From positions 1,092,494-1,132,493 of the forward strand of contig CAXXSE010000006.1 of assembly GCA_963664935.2 (NCBI GenBank): 40,000 nt of DNA. The letters are read 5' to 3'. Position 1 is the stretch's first letter. Each line of letters begins with the position of its first letter. Source of the stretch: Methylococcales bacterium. GTDB lineage: Bacteria > Pseudomonadota > Gammaproteobacteria > Methylococcales > G963664935. This document shows, piece by piece, positions 29,302 to 38,388 of this stretch. The notes beneath the pieces were generated by a model. It saw nothing but the letters and a program-made list of their open reading frames with translations. It did not search any database and was not told where the DNA came from. A program made the translations under genes and the position numbers.

Positions 29302-29337
29302 ATCGCTGCCTCGGTTTCGGGGGGGCGATTTTTTTTA
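29302..29337 (+). terminator. Rho-independent terminator downstream of fae
   Basis: A GC-rich hairpin (atcgctgcctcg gttt cgggggggcgat, with a 2x2 internal mismatch) is followed by a T8 run. Confidence 0.8.
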
Positions 29338-29340
29338 TGA

Positions 29341-29400
29341 ACCTGAATCCGTGACTTCAATACGGATATCAGGGCGAGAGATATTGGTTTCGCGGGTACC
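29341..29400. repeat. Solo arm of MITE-like family A (related to 586..745)
   Basis: acctgaatccgtgacttcaatacggatatcagggcgagagatattggtttcgcgggta aligns with 586..643 at roughly 48 of 57 positions. The local hairpin is retained (cctgaatccg..cggatatcagg). The expected opposite arm is not recognisable downstream. Confidence 0.65.
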
Positions 29401-29615
29401 AAAAAACTCTTGGCTCCAGCCATCGACTCGAAAGACCGTAGCGGATAAATTTTTCGGCGAGTACGAGTACGATTAAAATAAAGCTGTTCCTGGTTTTGTT
29501 TGAAAGATTTGCTCTAATGCTCTTTTGTCGACTCTCCGCTGTCTCAGCGCTACGCGTTTCCGCCGCGATCATTTTCAAAGATTTGCTCACCTGTCGCCAA
29601 GCGCTATACAAACGA

Positions 29616-30197
29616 TCACGATTTGACCTCGGTCAAACGATAAAATCTGAAACACCGGTGGACAACAAACCCATGAGTCCCAATCGCAATAACAATTAAC
29701 CACAAATCCAATCGTCCAAATAGGAAAAATATTAAAAAAAGCATTCCCCGTTCCAAATATTCAAAGGGATTTGGCGGACAATCGAAGTCATTTTTCTCAA
29801 AAAGTGCTCTAGTATATGACATCAAAGCTATACCGAGGAAAAATATAAAACTGAAGGCGTAGAGTAATTCATTTTCCTGGTAATAAAACAACACACATCC
29901 AAGCAGGAAAAATTCATTATAACGATCAATGACTGAATCGCAGAAACCTCCAAAAACAGTAACCTGGCCGGTGGCGCGAGCGTACGCACCATCGAGCGTA
30001 TCGCATAATCCCCCCATGACGAAGGCCATAAACGCTAAAATCGACTGGTGATTTAATAATAAGATACAACCGGAAATTACAAATGCGGCGCCCGAAACAG
30101 TAATATGCGTGGGTCTAATACCAAGATTGGAAAAAAAACCAAACGCCGGACCAAGGAGACCCTCCCATTGCTTTTTTAGCTTGGCTTTATCATACAT
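29616..30197 (-). CDS. CDP-alcohol phosphatidyltransferase family protein (193 aa)
   Basis: The signature D-G-x2-A-R-x8-G-x3-D-x3-D is present as CDTLDGAYARATGQVTVFGGFCDSVIDR. The protein is a multi-pass membrane protein. Confidence 0.85.
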   Translation of the reverse strand: MYDKAKLKKQWEGLLGPAFGFFSNLGIRPTHITVSGAAFVISGCILLLNHQSILAFMAFVMGGLCDTLDGAYARATGQVTVFGGFCDSVIDRYNEFFLLGCVLFYYQENELLYAFSFIFFLGIALMSYTRALFEKNDFDCPPNPFEYLERGMLFLIFFLFGRLDLWLIVIAIGTHGFVVHRCFRFYRLTEVKS

Positions 30198-30936
30198 GAA
30201 TCAGTTGCCCATCTATCGGCTTTTCCAGTGCATGCCGCATGGCCTGATGAGCCTGTAACAAAGCCCGTTTACCATATTCCAGACGAAAGGGATTTACCGG
30301 TTGTAATTGTTGGACGACTACCGTCATCATATGACGGCGGGGCATTGGCCGCGAAAGTTTTATCAAACAACCTGCCATGCGCCGCGTTAAAATGTGGTGA
30401 TAGAGAACCCTGGTATTGTCTGAGATTCCAGACAGCCCCGGTCGATCCTTGATGCTCCCATCCAGATATAAGCCCTTGTTGATTTTAATGGGGTGAAAAA
30501 GCAAGGGCACGGCACAGGACGCGTAAATCCCCTCGCTTAATGAGCCTCGTTCTAAAACATGAGTCGATCGAGTGTACAGGTCAAACACCGAAATTTTTAG
30601 CGGAACGCGACATTCTTCGATGGCGGAAACCGGCGTTACTTTGGCGACAAATGTACGGAAACGTTCGCCTTTCAACAGCCCGAAACCAAAGGATGGGTCC
30701 CAAAAATCCTGCCGTTTTAATTCGAACAATAATCGGCGCAGAGACTCCGCCGAACACCCCGCCGCCCAACAGCCACCCGCCAGCGCGCCGGCGCTTGCCC
30801 CACTCACCTCGGACGGCGCCAATCCATTTTCCTCAAGCGCCAACAACACGCCCACATGGGCAAAAAAACCAAAGAACCCGGATGACAATGCCAGAGTATA
30901 AGGTCCTTTTTTAAGCCATTGGCGTAAACTAGGCAC
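30190..30936 (-). CDS. Patatin-like phospholipase
   Basis: A glycine-rich oxyanion region (LALSSGFFGFFAHVGVL), the nucleophile elbow G-x-S-x-G (SGASAGA) and the catalytic Asp motif (YLDGSIKD) are present. It overlaps the downstream phosphatidyltransferase gene by 8 nt. Confidence 0.85.
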   Translation of the reverse strand: MPSLRQWLKKGPYTLALSSGFFGFFAHVGVLLALEENGLAPSEVSGASAGALAGGCWAAGCSAESLRRLLFELKRQDFWDPSFGFGLLKGERFRTFVAKVTPVSAIEECRVPLKISVFDLYTRSTHVLERGSLSEGIYASCAVPLLFHPIKINKGLYLDGSIKDRPGLSGISDNTRVLYHHILTRRMAGCLIKLSRPMPRRHMMTVVVQQLQPVNPFRLEYGKRALLQAHQAMRHALEKPIDGQLIHV

Positions 30937-31024
30937 AAGAGGATATGACTAACTTAAATCTGAGTAGGATCTTATTAAACTTAAGAAACCGTTAACTGCT
31001 AACCGGCAACCATGAACTGTTTTC

Positions 31025-31801
31025 TTAATATTTAACATCCCAAATAAAGCCCAATTTCTCCAGGGGCCAAATGACCAGCCGATACGGTAAGTCCGGTCCC
31101 GGACGTTTGGCTTTAGTTGGGTGAATATGATGGTCTCGATGATCGTGTTCGCCGAGTAAAATAGCCGATAATTGCCAGTATTTTCGGGCATGACACCCTT
31201 GTTCATCAGGCTTCCCGCCATGGGAAAGGCTGTTGAAAAATAACGTGCCAATAGGCGACAGCGCCGCCGGGAGCAACGAAGCCAAGGTTGCAAAGGCGAG
31301 TGAGCCTGAAAAAAACCAGAATAGTCCCCATTCCAACCAGGGAACAAGGAAACACCATCGATCCATCCAAACTATTTCCGGGTATCGAAGTTTAATTGAC
31401 CGGTGGGCATGCTTGGGATCATAACCCCAACCTAACCACGAATAAAGGAAGGAATGAGTCATCGGCGAATGCGGATCGTTTTTGTCATCACAGTGAACGT
31501 GATGGTAGCGGTGATTCCCCGCCCACCAAGACATCCCACCCTGATTGGACGCCGCGCAACAATAGGCAATCAAAAATTCGACCGTACGGTTGGTCTTGAA
31601 CGCCGCATGGGAATAAAACCGGTGGAAACCTATGGTCATGCCCAACCCGGAATGCCGGGAAATCTGCAAAATGATAAGGAACCAGATTAACGGTTGGTAA
31701 ATTAAGTATTCCGCTGCCTCAAAATCTAAATAAATAAATATCGCGGAATAAAGGAGCGGTGCGTAACAGGCAAATCCTCGATGTAAAGTCCAAAAAACCA
31801 T
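31025..31801 (-). CDS. Membrane fatty-acid (acyl-CoA/acyl-lipid) desaturase-like protein, short form
   Basis: Three histidine boxes are present: HRFYSH, HRYHHVHCD, and a variant third box GEHDHRDHH. Hydrophobic segments flank them. Confidence 0.7.
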   Translation of the reverse strand: MVFWTLHRGFACYAPLLYSAIFIYLDFEAAEYLIYQPLIWFLIILQISRHSGLGMTIGFHRFYSHAAFKTNRTVEFLIAYCCAASNQGGMSWWAGNHRYHHVHCDDKNDPHSPMTHSFLYSWLGWGYDPKHAHRSIKLRYPEIVWMDRWCFLVPWLEWGLFWFFSGSLAFATLASLLPAALSPIGTLFFNSLSHGGKPDEQGCHARKYWQLSAILLGEHDHRDHHIHPTKAKRPGPDLPYRLVIWPLEKLGFIWDVKY

Positions 31802-31891
31802 AGGCTTAAATTCTTGTATTTAATATAACGACGCAAACAGGCCGTAGAGATATAGCGTACAAACGGGGCGCGTTTGATAATGATCAACTAT

Positions 31892-32131
31892 CTAGGAGGC
31901 TGTCAGAGAATAGAGAGCCTACTGCGGAAAAGCGGATTTTGGCCCATTTTCCCGATTAAATTGATGAAATACATCCCTATATTTCACACCTACGGGCCGC
32001 TTTCATCGGTCCAAACCCGCTCCAGGCGGATTTGTCGTTAAATACAGCAAGTATTCGCCTTATGTAATCGAAAAAATGGACTCAAAACCGCTTTCCCTCG
32101 CAACGGCTCCTATTCTCAGACAGCCTCCTAG
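31892..32131. repeat. 240-bp MITE-like element with near-perfect 22-nt termini and arms of about 58 nt (family C)
   Basis: The left end is ctaggaggctgtcagagaatag. The reverse complement of the right end is ctaggaggctgtctgagaatag. Similarity extends inward (..gagcc..gcggaaaagcggattttggcccatttt versus ..gagccgttgcgagggaaagcggttttgagtccatttt). The element has no ORF. Confidence 0.7.
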
Positions 32132-32282
32132 CATTTTAAACTTTATTGATCGAATTCCAAAGGTTAAAATTAAGCGAAATTATCAACCGCATAAATGATT
32201 TCGGCTGGATTACCCGATTGAAATCAGGTAAATTACATTGTTAATAATAAAAAAACACTGAGGAAAAGGGGTTTACGCACAA

Positions 32283-33557
32283 ATGAATATCCTAATGCTG
32301 ACTAATACCTTCTCTCCTTATGTAGGGGGTGTAGCCCGCAGTGTACAACGGTTCGCGGATGAGTATCGTAGGCAGGGGCACCATGTACTCGTCGCGGCGC
32401 CCTTGTACAAAACAACGCCGAAAAACGAACAGGATGTGATCCGATTTCCGGCGATTCAACATTTTAATGGCACCGAATTTTCATTGCCCATCCCGATTCC
32501 CGGGAAGTGGGGCGCGGCCTTAAAAAAGTTTCATCCAGACGTTGTTCATGTACACCACCCCTTCGCGTTAGGTGGTACGGCGTTGCGGGTTGCAACATCC
32601 CTTCATCTGCCGTTGGTTTTTACCCATCACACGATGTATGAAAAATACACCCATTATCTTCCCGGGGATTCATTACGTCTCAAGCGCTATGTTGTTAGTT
32701 TGGTAACCGGTTACTGTGGATTTTGCGACGCGGTCATCGCTCCGAGCGAAACGGTCGCTAAGCTTCTAAAAGAACGTGGTGTGCAAACCCGAACGGAAGT
32801 TATCCCCACCGGCGTCGCAACGGACATTTGCGCCGAGGGCAACCGCCAGGATTTCAGAAAGCAGATAGATCTACCTCAGAATGCGTTTGTTGTGGGCCAT
32901 GTCGGTCGTATGGCAACGGAAAAAAACCTTGATTTCTTAGCTAAAGCAATCGTTAAATTTCTTCATAGCCGTCCCGATAGCTACTTTTTGTTGGTCGGTG
33001 TTGGCCCGATGAAAGAAGAGATCAAAAAAATATTGACATCAGAGGGTTTGTTGCACCGATTCCGCTGTACTGGTCTCCTTCACCGGAAAGAATTGGGAAG
33101 CGCCTATAAGGCGATGGATGTTTTTGCTTTTTCTTCGCATACGGAAACCCAAGGCATGGTGCTCGCGGAAGCGATGGCGTTTGGGATTCCGGTTGTCGCT
33201 ATCGATGCATCCGGGGTGAGGGAAGTCGTAGAAAACGAAATAAATGGATGTTTAATCTCCGATGACGACGAAGATAAATTTGCCGCTGCGTTGGAGTGGA
33301 TTGCATCGATTCCAGATCCTCTACGAAAACAATTGATTGAAAATGCTCGCTCAACCTCCGCGAAATACGATATTCGCCTAACGGCCCATAACATGATAAA
33401 ACTCTATGAAGCACTGATAGAGGACAAAAAAAACCAACCGCAACTCAACGAATCCTCTTGGTTTAACACCCCAAAAAACCTTCAATCGGAATGGCGAATC
33501 GCAAGCAATATAGCAAAAGCCGCGGGCACTTTGTTTCAACCCTTGGAGACGGTTTAG
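32283..33557 (+). CDS. Glycosyltransferase family 4 (GT-B fold)
   Basis: The N-terminus MNILMLTNTFSPYVGGVARSV is typical of GT4 enzymes. The C-terminal E-x7-E region reads SSHTETQGMVLAEAMAFGIPVVAIDASGVREVVENEINGCL. Confidence 0.88.
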   Translation: MNILMLTNTFSPYVGGVARSVQRFADEYRRQGHHVLVAAPLYKTTPKNEQDVIRFPAIQHFNGTEFSLPIPIPGKWGAALKKFHPDVVHVHHPFALGGTALRVATSLHLPLVFTHHTMYEKYTHYLPGDSLRLKRYVVSLVTGYCGFCDAVIAPSETVAKLLKERGVQTRTEVIPTGVATDICAEGNRQDFRKQIDLPQNAFVVGHVGRMATEKNLDFLAKAIVKFLHSRPDSYFLLVGVGPMKEEIKKILTSEGLLHRFRCTGLLHRKELGSAYKAMDVFAFSSHTETQGMVLAEAMAFGIPVVAIDASGVREVVENEINGCLISDDDEDKFAAALEWIASIPDPLRKQLIENARSTSAKYDIRLTAHNMIKLYEALIEDKKNQPQLNESSWFNTPKNLQSEWRIASNIAKAAGTLFQPLETV

Positions 33558-33622
33558 GACAAACATCCGTAAAGGTTGATTGCCCCCAGTTTTAACAAAA
33601 ATAAGAACCCAGGTTAACGTGA

Positions 33623-34312
33623 ATGGGAGATGATGGAAGGCCCAAGGTCGATTTTCGCGCGAAACTCACCGGTTGGTTATGGGCAACCGCTCTAAGGTTG
33701 TTGTGTTGCAGTTGGAGGAAACACTACGAAGGCTTTGAATCGATAGATAAAAAGCGGCGCCAGGGGAGAAAAATGATGTTGTGTTTCTGGCACGGAAAGT
33801 ATCTTCCGATCTTTGCCCTATGCCGGTGGTTATGGATTGAACAACGCGGAGAATCGGCATGCGTGTTCACCAGCCGTTCCGCTCGAGGCCAAGTGATCTC
33901 TGAAATTTGCCGCAATTTTGGCTTGGACTGCATCCAAATACCAGACCGGGGGCAAAAACGCTCCTATGGCTTAATGAAAAGCGCGCTCGCTTCCCATACC
34001 TCCGGTGTCATTGCCGTCGATGGTCCACTGGGCCCCAACCGTCAGGTTAAACAAGGCGCCATCAGGTTGGCATCCGATTTAAACTATATGCTAGTACCTG
34101 CGTCGGTTTACACAAAAAGCAAAAAAATCGTGGAACGGCGCTGGGATAAAATGGAAATCCCCGAACCATTTTCCTCCATCGGTTTGTCGATGGGGAAGCC
34201 GATTGAAGTTCCCGCGAATATCTCCAAAATGCAGATCAGAAATCTTATGGACGAACTTTTTGAAACTTTGGAAAACCTTGAATCCAGAGCGGGCGAGTTG
34301 CTTGAAGCGTAG
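33623..34312 (+). CDS. DUF374-type lysophospholipid acyltransferase-family protein
   Basis: It has the DUF374-like architecture (LCFWHGKYLPIF.., GVIAVDGPLGPNRQVKQGAIRLA, RWDKMEIPEPFS). It is co-directional with the GT4 gene and 65 nt downstream of it. Confidence 0.65.
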   Translation: MGDDGRPKVDFRAKLTGWLWATALRLLCCSWRKHYEGFESIDKKRRQGRKMMLCFWHGKYLPIFALCRWLWIEQRGESACVFTSRSARGQVISEICRNFGLDCIQIPDRGQKRSYGLMKSALASHTSGVIAVDGPLGPNRQVKQGAIRLASDLNYMLVPASVYTKSKKIVERRWDKMEIPEPFSSIGLSMGKPIEVPANISKMQIRNLMDELFETLENLESRAGELLEA

Positions 34313-34314
34313 CT

Positions 34315-35196
34315 TTATGATCCCGCGTCAGAACCTTTAGCGACCGATTCTTCCTTAGCATTTTCCGCTTTGCTTTCCTCTTTGATCACGATATCCGCCC
34401 CACTTTTCAGGGAATTAATATGCTTTACTAATTGTTCTTGTTGCAAAACCGCGATTATGCGGGCTTTTACTTTTTCGAAATCCGATGGTTCAGTTTGGCG
34501 TGAATCTTCGAGTAGAATCACATGCCAACCAAACTTGGTTTTAACAGGCTCCATGGAAAACGCACCATTCTCCATTTGTGCAATCGCCTGGGCAAACGGA
34601 GGAACCATTTGTTGAGGGTTAAACCAACCGAGATCTCCGCCTTTCGATGCCGAAGGACCGGTCGAATGCTTCTTGGCTAAGGATTGGAAATCCGCGCCAT
34701 CTTGTAGTTGCTTGATAATTTTATTAGCTTTCACATCGGATTTTAATAAAATGTGGCGTGCTTTAAATTGGGTTGCCTTTTCCTTGGAGATACGACGGGA
34801 GTATTCATCCTTCGCGTCGTTTTCGGTCACCGGAGAACCGTCGAGAAAATCCTTGACCGCGGCTTGGAGAAGAACGGACTGTTTAACAAACTCCAATTTG
34901 TCTGCAATATCCGGTTTTTGCTCCAATTTGTTCCGCTCAGCTTCCTGCAAAAGCAGCTCTCTGTGTATAAGTTCCTGAACCAGTTTTTCCTCGGAAATGG
35001 CTACCCCCCGGGACTGTCTTGCTACTTCCGCTTTCAACATATCGAATGTGGCTTTATTGATCGGCCTGCCGTTGACGGTTGCAAGGGTTTCACTTTCCGC
35101 TAACGGCGTAATCGGTTGCACGGCGCCATTTTCGGTGTTACACCCACCCAACAACAATACCATTGAAAAAACGACATAATTGAAAAATTTTTTCAT
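34315..35196 (-). CDS. Parvulin-type peptidyl-prolyl cis-trans isomerase, lipoprotein
   Basis: A lipobox is present (MKKFFNYVVFSMVLLLGGC). The parvulin domain reads FKARHILLKSD..ADFQSLAKKHSTGPSASKGGDLGWF..MVPPFAQA..KTKFGWHVILLED. Confidence 0.88.
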   Translation of the reverse strand: MKKFFNYVVFSMVLLLGGCNTENGAVQPITPLAESETLATVNGRPINKATFDMLKAEVARQSRGVAISEEKLVQELIHRELLLQEAERNKLEQKPDIADKLEFVKQSVLLQAAVKDFLDGSPVTENDAKDEYSRRISKEKATQFKARHILLKSDVKANKIIKQLQDGADFQSLAKKHSTGPSASKGGDLGWFNPQQMVPPFAQAIAQMENGAFSMEPVKTKFGWHVILLEDSRQTEPSDFEKVKARIIAVLQQEQLVKHINSLKSGADIVIKEESKAENAKEESVAKGSDAGS

Positions 35197-35210
35197 TCGT
35201 TTACACCCCA

Positions 35211-35486
35211 TTAATTAAATTCGTCAGGACTCAAAACTTTCATACTAAATGCATGAATAGCAGTTTGCATTAAATCGCCCAGCGCCGCGTAGACCAGTTG
35301 ATGCCGTTGTACCAAACTTTTACCGATAAACGCACCGGAAACAATCGTAGCGTAAAAATGCCCGCCACCGGATTCAAGCGCCCCGGCATGACCGGCATGA
35401 GATTGACTGTCATCGACAATTTCCAGCTTAATAGGGTCCAAGGCTTCTCGGAGTCTTTTTTCAATCAATTCCACCCGTGACGTCAT
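35211..35486 (-). CDS. BolA-family protein
   Basis: It reads [63 protein letters not shown]. Confidence 0.88.
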   Translation of the reverse strand: MTSRVELIEKRLREALDPIKLEIVDDSQSHAGHAGALESGGGHFYATIVSGAFIGKSLVQRHQLVYAALGDLMQTAIHAFSMKVLSPDEFN

Positions 35487-35785
35487 TTGGGAAATACTTT
35501 TTTAAACGGTTTTACAATGACCTTGGCATAAACACCGGCGGACACATAGGGATCTGCATCAGCCCACTTTGTTGCTTCTTCCAAATTTTGAAATTCCGCT
35601 ACGATAAGGCTTCCGGTAAATCCCGCATCGCCAGGATTTTCACAATCAATAGTCGGATGGGGACCCGCCAATACCAGCAAGCCCTGATTTTGCAAATCCG
35701 CAAGTCTTTTAATATGAGCCGGGCGTGCGGTAAGACGCTTTTCCAGGCTATTCTCAACGTCTTCGCTGATAATTGTATATAACAC
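35483..35785 (-). CDS. yciI: YciI-family protein
   Basis: [88 protein letters not shown] aligns with YciI over its whole length. The GTG start at 35785 avoids overlap with yciB. Confidence 0.85.
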   Translation of the reverse strand: MLYTIISEDVENSLEKRLTARPAHIKRLADLQNQGLLVLAGPHPTIDCENPGDAGFTGSLIVAEFQNLEEATKWADADPYVSAGVYAKVIVKPFKKVFPK

Positions 35786-35786
35786 G

Positions 35787-36332
35787 CTATGATTCCTCCG
35801 TTTCCGATTCTGGCATAAACTTGGAAAGAACCAGTGCCTGTAGAACCACAAACGCTATAGTTAAACCGAGCATCCCAAATAGTTTGAAATTAACCCAAGT
35901 ATCCGTGTCATAGTTATAGATCACGAACAGATTGGCGAACCCCAGTACGAAAAAAAACACCACCCAACTTAGATTAAGACGTTGCCAAATTACTTGGGGA
36001 AGCGTGATGTTTTCCTTCATCATGCGCTCAATAAAGGTATATTTTCCGATCAGTTGGCTACCTAGAAATGCCAGCCCGAACAACCAATTTACCACTGTTG
36101 GCTTCCATTTGATAAATCGCTCATCCTGTAAGTACAACGTCGCCCCACCCAGCACGACGATAAGAACCAGGGTTACCAGATGCATATTCTCAACTTTGCG
36201 GTTTTTGAACCAGGAAAAGCCTACCTGGAGCAACGCCGCCACGATGGCAACAACGGTTGCGGCGTAAATACCATAAATTTTGTACGCGACAAAAAACAGA
36301 ATAATCGGAAAAAAATCAAATAATAGTTTCAT
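35787..36332 (-). CDS. yciB: Inner-membrane protein YciB (intracellular septation protein A)
   Basis: It reads [75 protein letters not shown]. Confidence 0.9.
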   Translation of the reverse strand: MKLLFDFFPIILFFVAYKIYGIYAATVVAIVAALLQVGFSWFKNRKVENMHLVTLVLIVVLGGATLYLQDERFIKWKPTVVNWLFGLAFLGSQLIGKYTFIERMMKENITLPQVIWQRLNLSWVVFFFVLGFANLFVIYNYDTDTWVNFKLFGMLGLTIAFVVLQALVLSKFMPESETEES

Positions 36333-36511
36333 TGAGTCCTCAAAACACCGGGAAATTACAGTAACTGTTTAGTTCACTCCTGAACTTCGTCATTTCTACC
36401 TTAAAAAGTGATCGATTACACCTGTAAACTCACATGTTCCGCTTTGAACTGATGAATTTTAGGGACAATCTGATACGCCGAATAGTTACTTTGTATTCGT
36501 TTGTTGACGTC

Positions 36512-36865
36512 CTAAACGTAATAATCGACGCCAAGTAAACGTGAAACTTTCTCTTGTGCGTCTTGTTTCGGCTGATTTTTCTGTGTTATATAGGCGTTTA
36601 GGGCTTGTCTGGCATTTCCATCAACCGGAAAATTTTGCTGGCCGTCATTATCTCCAAGTCGATTGTAGAATCCAAGGACACCTTGTTTTGCCGAAGCCTC
36701 TAATCCGAGGTTGGCCGTATTATTGGTTCTTGATAACCTTGCCGATTCGGCTGTTTTTTGAAAATCAGAATCGCCCTTAAGAATGCTTTGGACACCACTC
36801 GGCGTACCCCGGTTGCCCGGAGTAACCAAACCTGGAAGTACCAATTCAGATCGACCAATCCCCAT
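36512..36865 (-). CDS. Hypothetical protein (117 aa), with no recognisable motif and no signal peptide
   Basis: ORF only. It is polar and low in complexity, and it is divergent from the membrane-protein gene at 36977. Confidence 0.35.
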   Translation of the reverse strand: MGIGRSELVLPGLVTPGNRGTPSGVQSILKGDSDFQKTAESARLSRTNNTANLGLEASAKQGVLGFYNRLGDNDGQQNFPVDGNARQALNAYITQKNQPKQDAQEKVSRLLGVDYYV

Positions 36866-36976
36866 TAATCGTTGTTTTTATATTCCAGACGCGACTCCGT
36901 ACAAGTATAATACGTCTTGGAAGTACACAATTCTACTTTATTGATACAGTTTAGCATCTTAATACCTACACAAGTA

Positions 36977-37912
36977 ATGGCGACAATTAACGTATTGCAA
37001 GCAATGGAATCGTTCGAAAAGACGATGGTGATGGGCCTATATCGGTTAGGCATATGTTTGGCGATCAGTTTTTCTTATATTCTAGCGACATTGATGGGCG
37101 CTGGGGCGGGGTTTGCCATTGGCGCATCGGGAACTGATCACGCGATCTTCGCATCCGTCGGCGCTTTCGTAGGATTTGGCGGTTGTGGCTTCATTCTCTA
37201 CATCATTCGACCGTCACTGTTTTTTTCACCCAGAGCCGCTCACGCCGCACTCTTGGAAAAAGTCTTAAGGGGTGATACGACTACCGCGGAAAAAAATCAA
37301 GTTGATGTGGGTAAAGCCTTAGTAACCGCTCGGTTTAAAAATGCTTCAACCTTATTTACCCTAGATCAATCGCTCAAAAGTATTTTGATCGACCTTGTGT
37401 TCGAAATCGACCCGATTGCCCGAAAAATCCCAAATACCGCCAACCGATTTGCGCGTGGTATCGCCCGTTGGCTGGTCAGTTTACCCCTGGCATTTTCCGA
37501 CCAAGTGCTCATCGGCTTCGTTTTGCGGCAAAAATCGGAGTCAGTTGCAATGTCCGCTAAAACAGCGTTAATTTTTTACGCCCAAAACTTTAAGGAGCTG
37601 TTTAAAACAGCGTCGATCCTTTTTGCCGCTGTTATTATTGGCATCTGCGCCTTATTTATCCTGCTCAGAATTCCGGTAGGATGGGCGCTCGAATTCATAC
37701 CCTTTTCGGTTGGCGCCTGGAGCATTATGTGTAGTGTGCTTTTGGCTTGGAGTTTTATTACAGCTTTTTTTGAACCCATCGTTCTCGTGGTTCTAATGGA
37801 CAGATTTTTTGCCATAACGAAAGATCAAAATCCTGATACCGATTGGGAAAAGAGACTTCTGGAGATATCGAGCGAATTTAGTTACCTTAGCAAGGGCGCC
37901 AATCCCTCTTAA
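36977..37912 (+). CDS. Hypothetical multi-pass membrane protein
   Basis: Hydrophobic segments occur at the N-terminus (LGICLAISFSYILATLMGAGAGFAIG, IFASVGAFVGFGGCGFILYII) and at the C-terminus (ILFAAVIIGICALFILL, FSVGAWSIMCSVLLAWSFITAFFEPIVLVVL). The ATG at 36977 is preferred over the TTG at 36917. Confidence 0.5.
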   Translation: MATINVLQAMESFEKTMVMGLYRLGICLAISFSYILATLMGAGAGFAIGASGTDHAIFASVGAFVGFGGCGFILYIIRPSLFFSPRAAHAALLEKVLRGDTTTAEKNQVDVGKALVTARFKNASTLFTLDQSLKSILIDLVFEIDPIARKIPNTANRFARGIARWLVSLPLAFSDQVLIGFVLRQKSESVAMSAKTALIFYAQNFKELFKTASILFAAVIIGICALFILLRIPVGWALEFIPFSVGAWSIMCSVLLAWSFITAFFEPIVLVVLMDRFFAITKDQNPDTDWEKRLLEISSEFSYLSKGANPS

Positions 37913-37946
37913 TCGTCAAGCGATTAAAGAATGATCGGAAATTATG

Positions 37947-38153
37947 TCAATCTCCCAATTCCAGCTTGGTCACTTCCCGAGAAAAATACATCGCTAAGCC
38001 CACGAGCCCTAAGAGCATAGGGAAAGAGAACAGAAAGGGTGGCCGATGAAACAGCAATACCATAAAATCTACGATAGTTATAGCTGAAAGCAGAGGATAA
38101 ATGAGCACCAAAGTCCCAAGAGTCTTAAAAAATTCTTTATATTCAAACATCAT
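37947..38153 (-). CDS. Small hypothetical membrane protein (about 68 aa, two TM segments)
   Basis: It reads MMFEYKEFFKTLGTLVLIYPLLSAITIVDFMVLLFHRPPFLFSFPMLLGLVGLAMYF. A purine-rich GGGGGGAG sequence lies upstream of the ATG. Confidence 0.4.
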   Translation of the reverse strand: MMFEYKEFFKTLGTLVLIYPLLSAITIVDFMVLLFHRPPFLFSFPMLLGLVGLAMYFSREVTKLELGD

Positions 38154-38388
38154 TAAACGCGCTCCCCCCGTTTTTTTAGTTGTCACCTGTGGCAGTATTA
38201 TACCGGAAAGGCAATGTGCCCAGCTGATTTTTCTTATGATAGAGCCCCATCTATACGAAAGCCTCCATCGCCGATAAACTCGATTCGAATAAAGCAACTT
38301 GGCGAAAGCCTGCTTAACCAGTAGAATTCAAATATAGTATCTCACTTCCCGGACGGGAATCATTGAACTTTCTTCTCAAGGTGAATTC

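Noticed and set aside
30949-31347. A 132-aa minus-strand ORF overlapping the 3' half of the desaturase-like gene
   Set aside because: It is in an alternate frame of a gene with clear histidine-box motifs, and it has no independent support.
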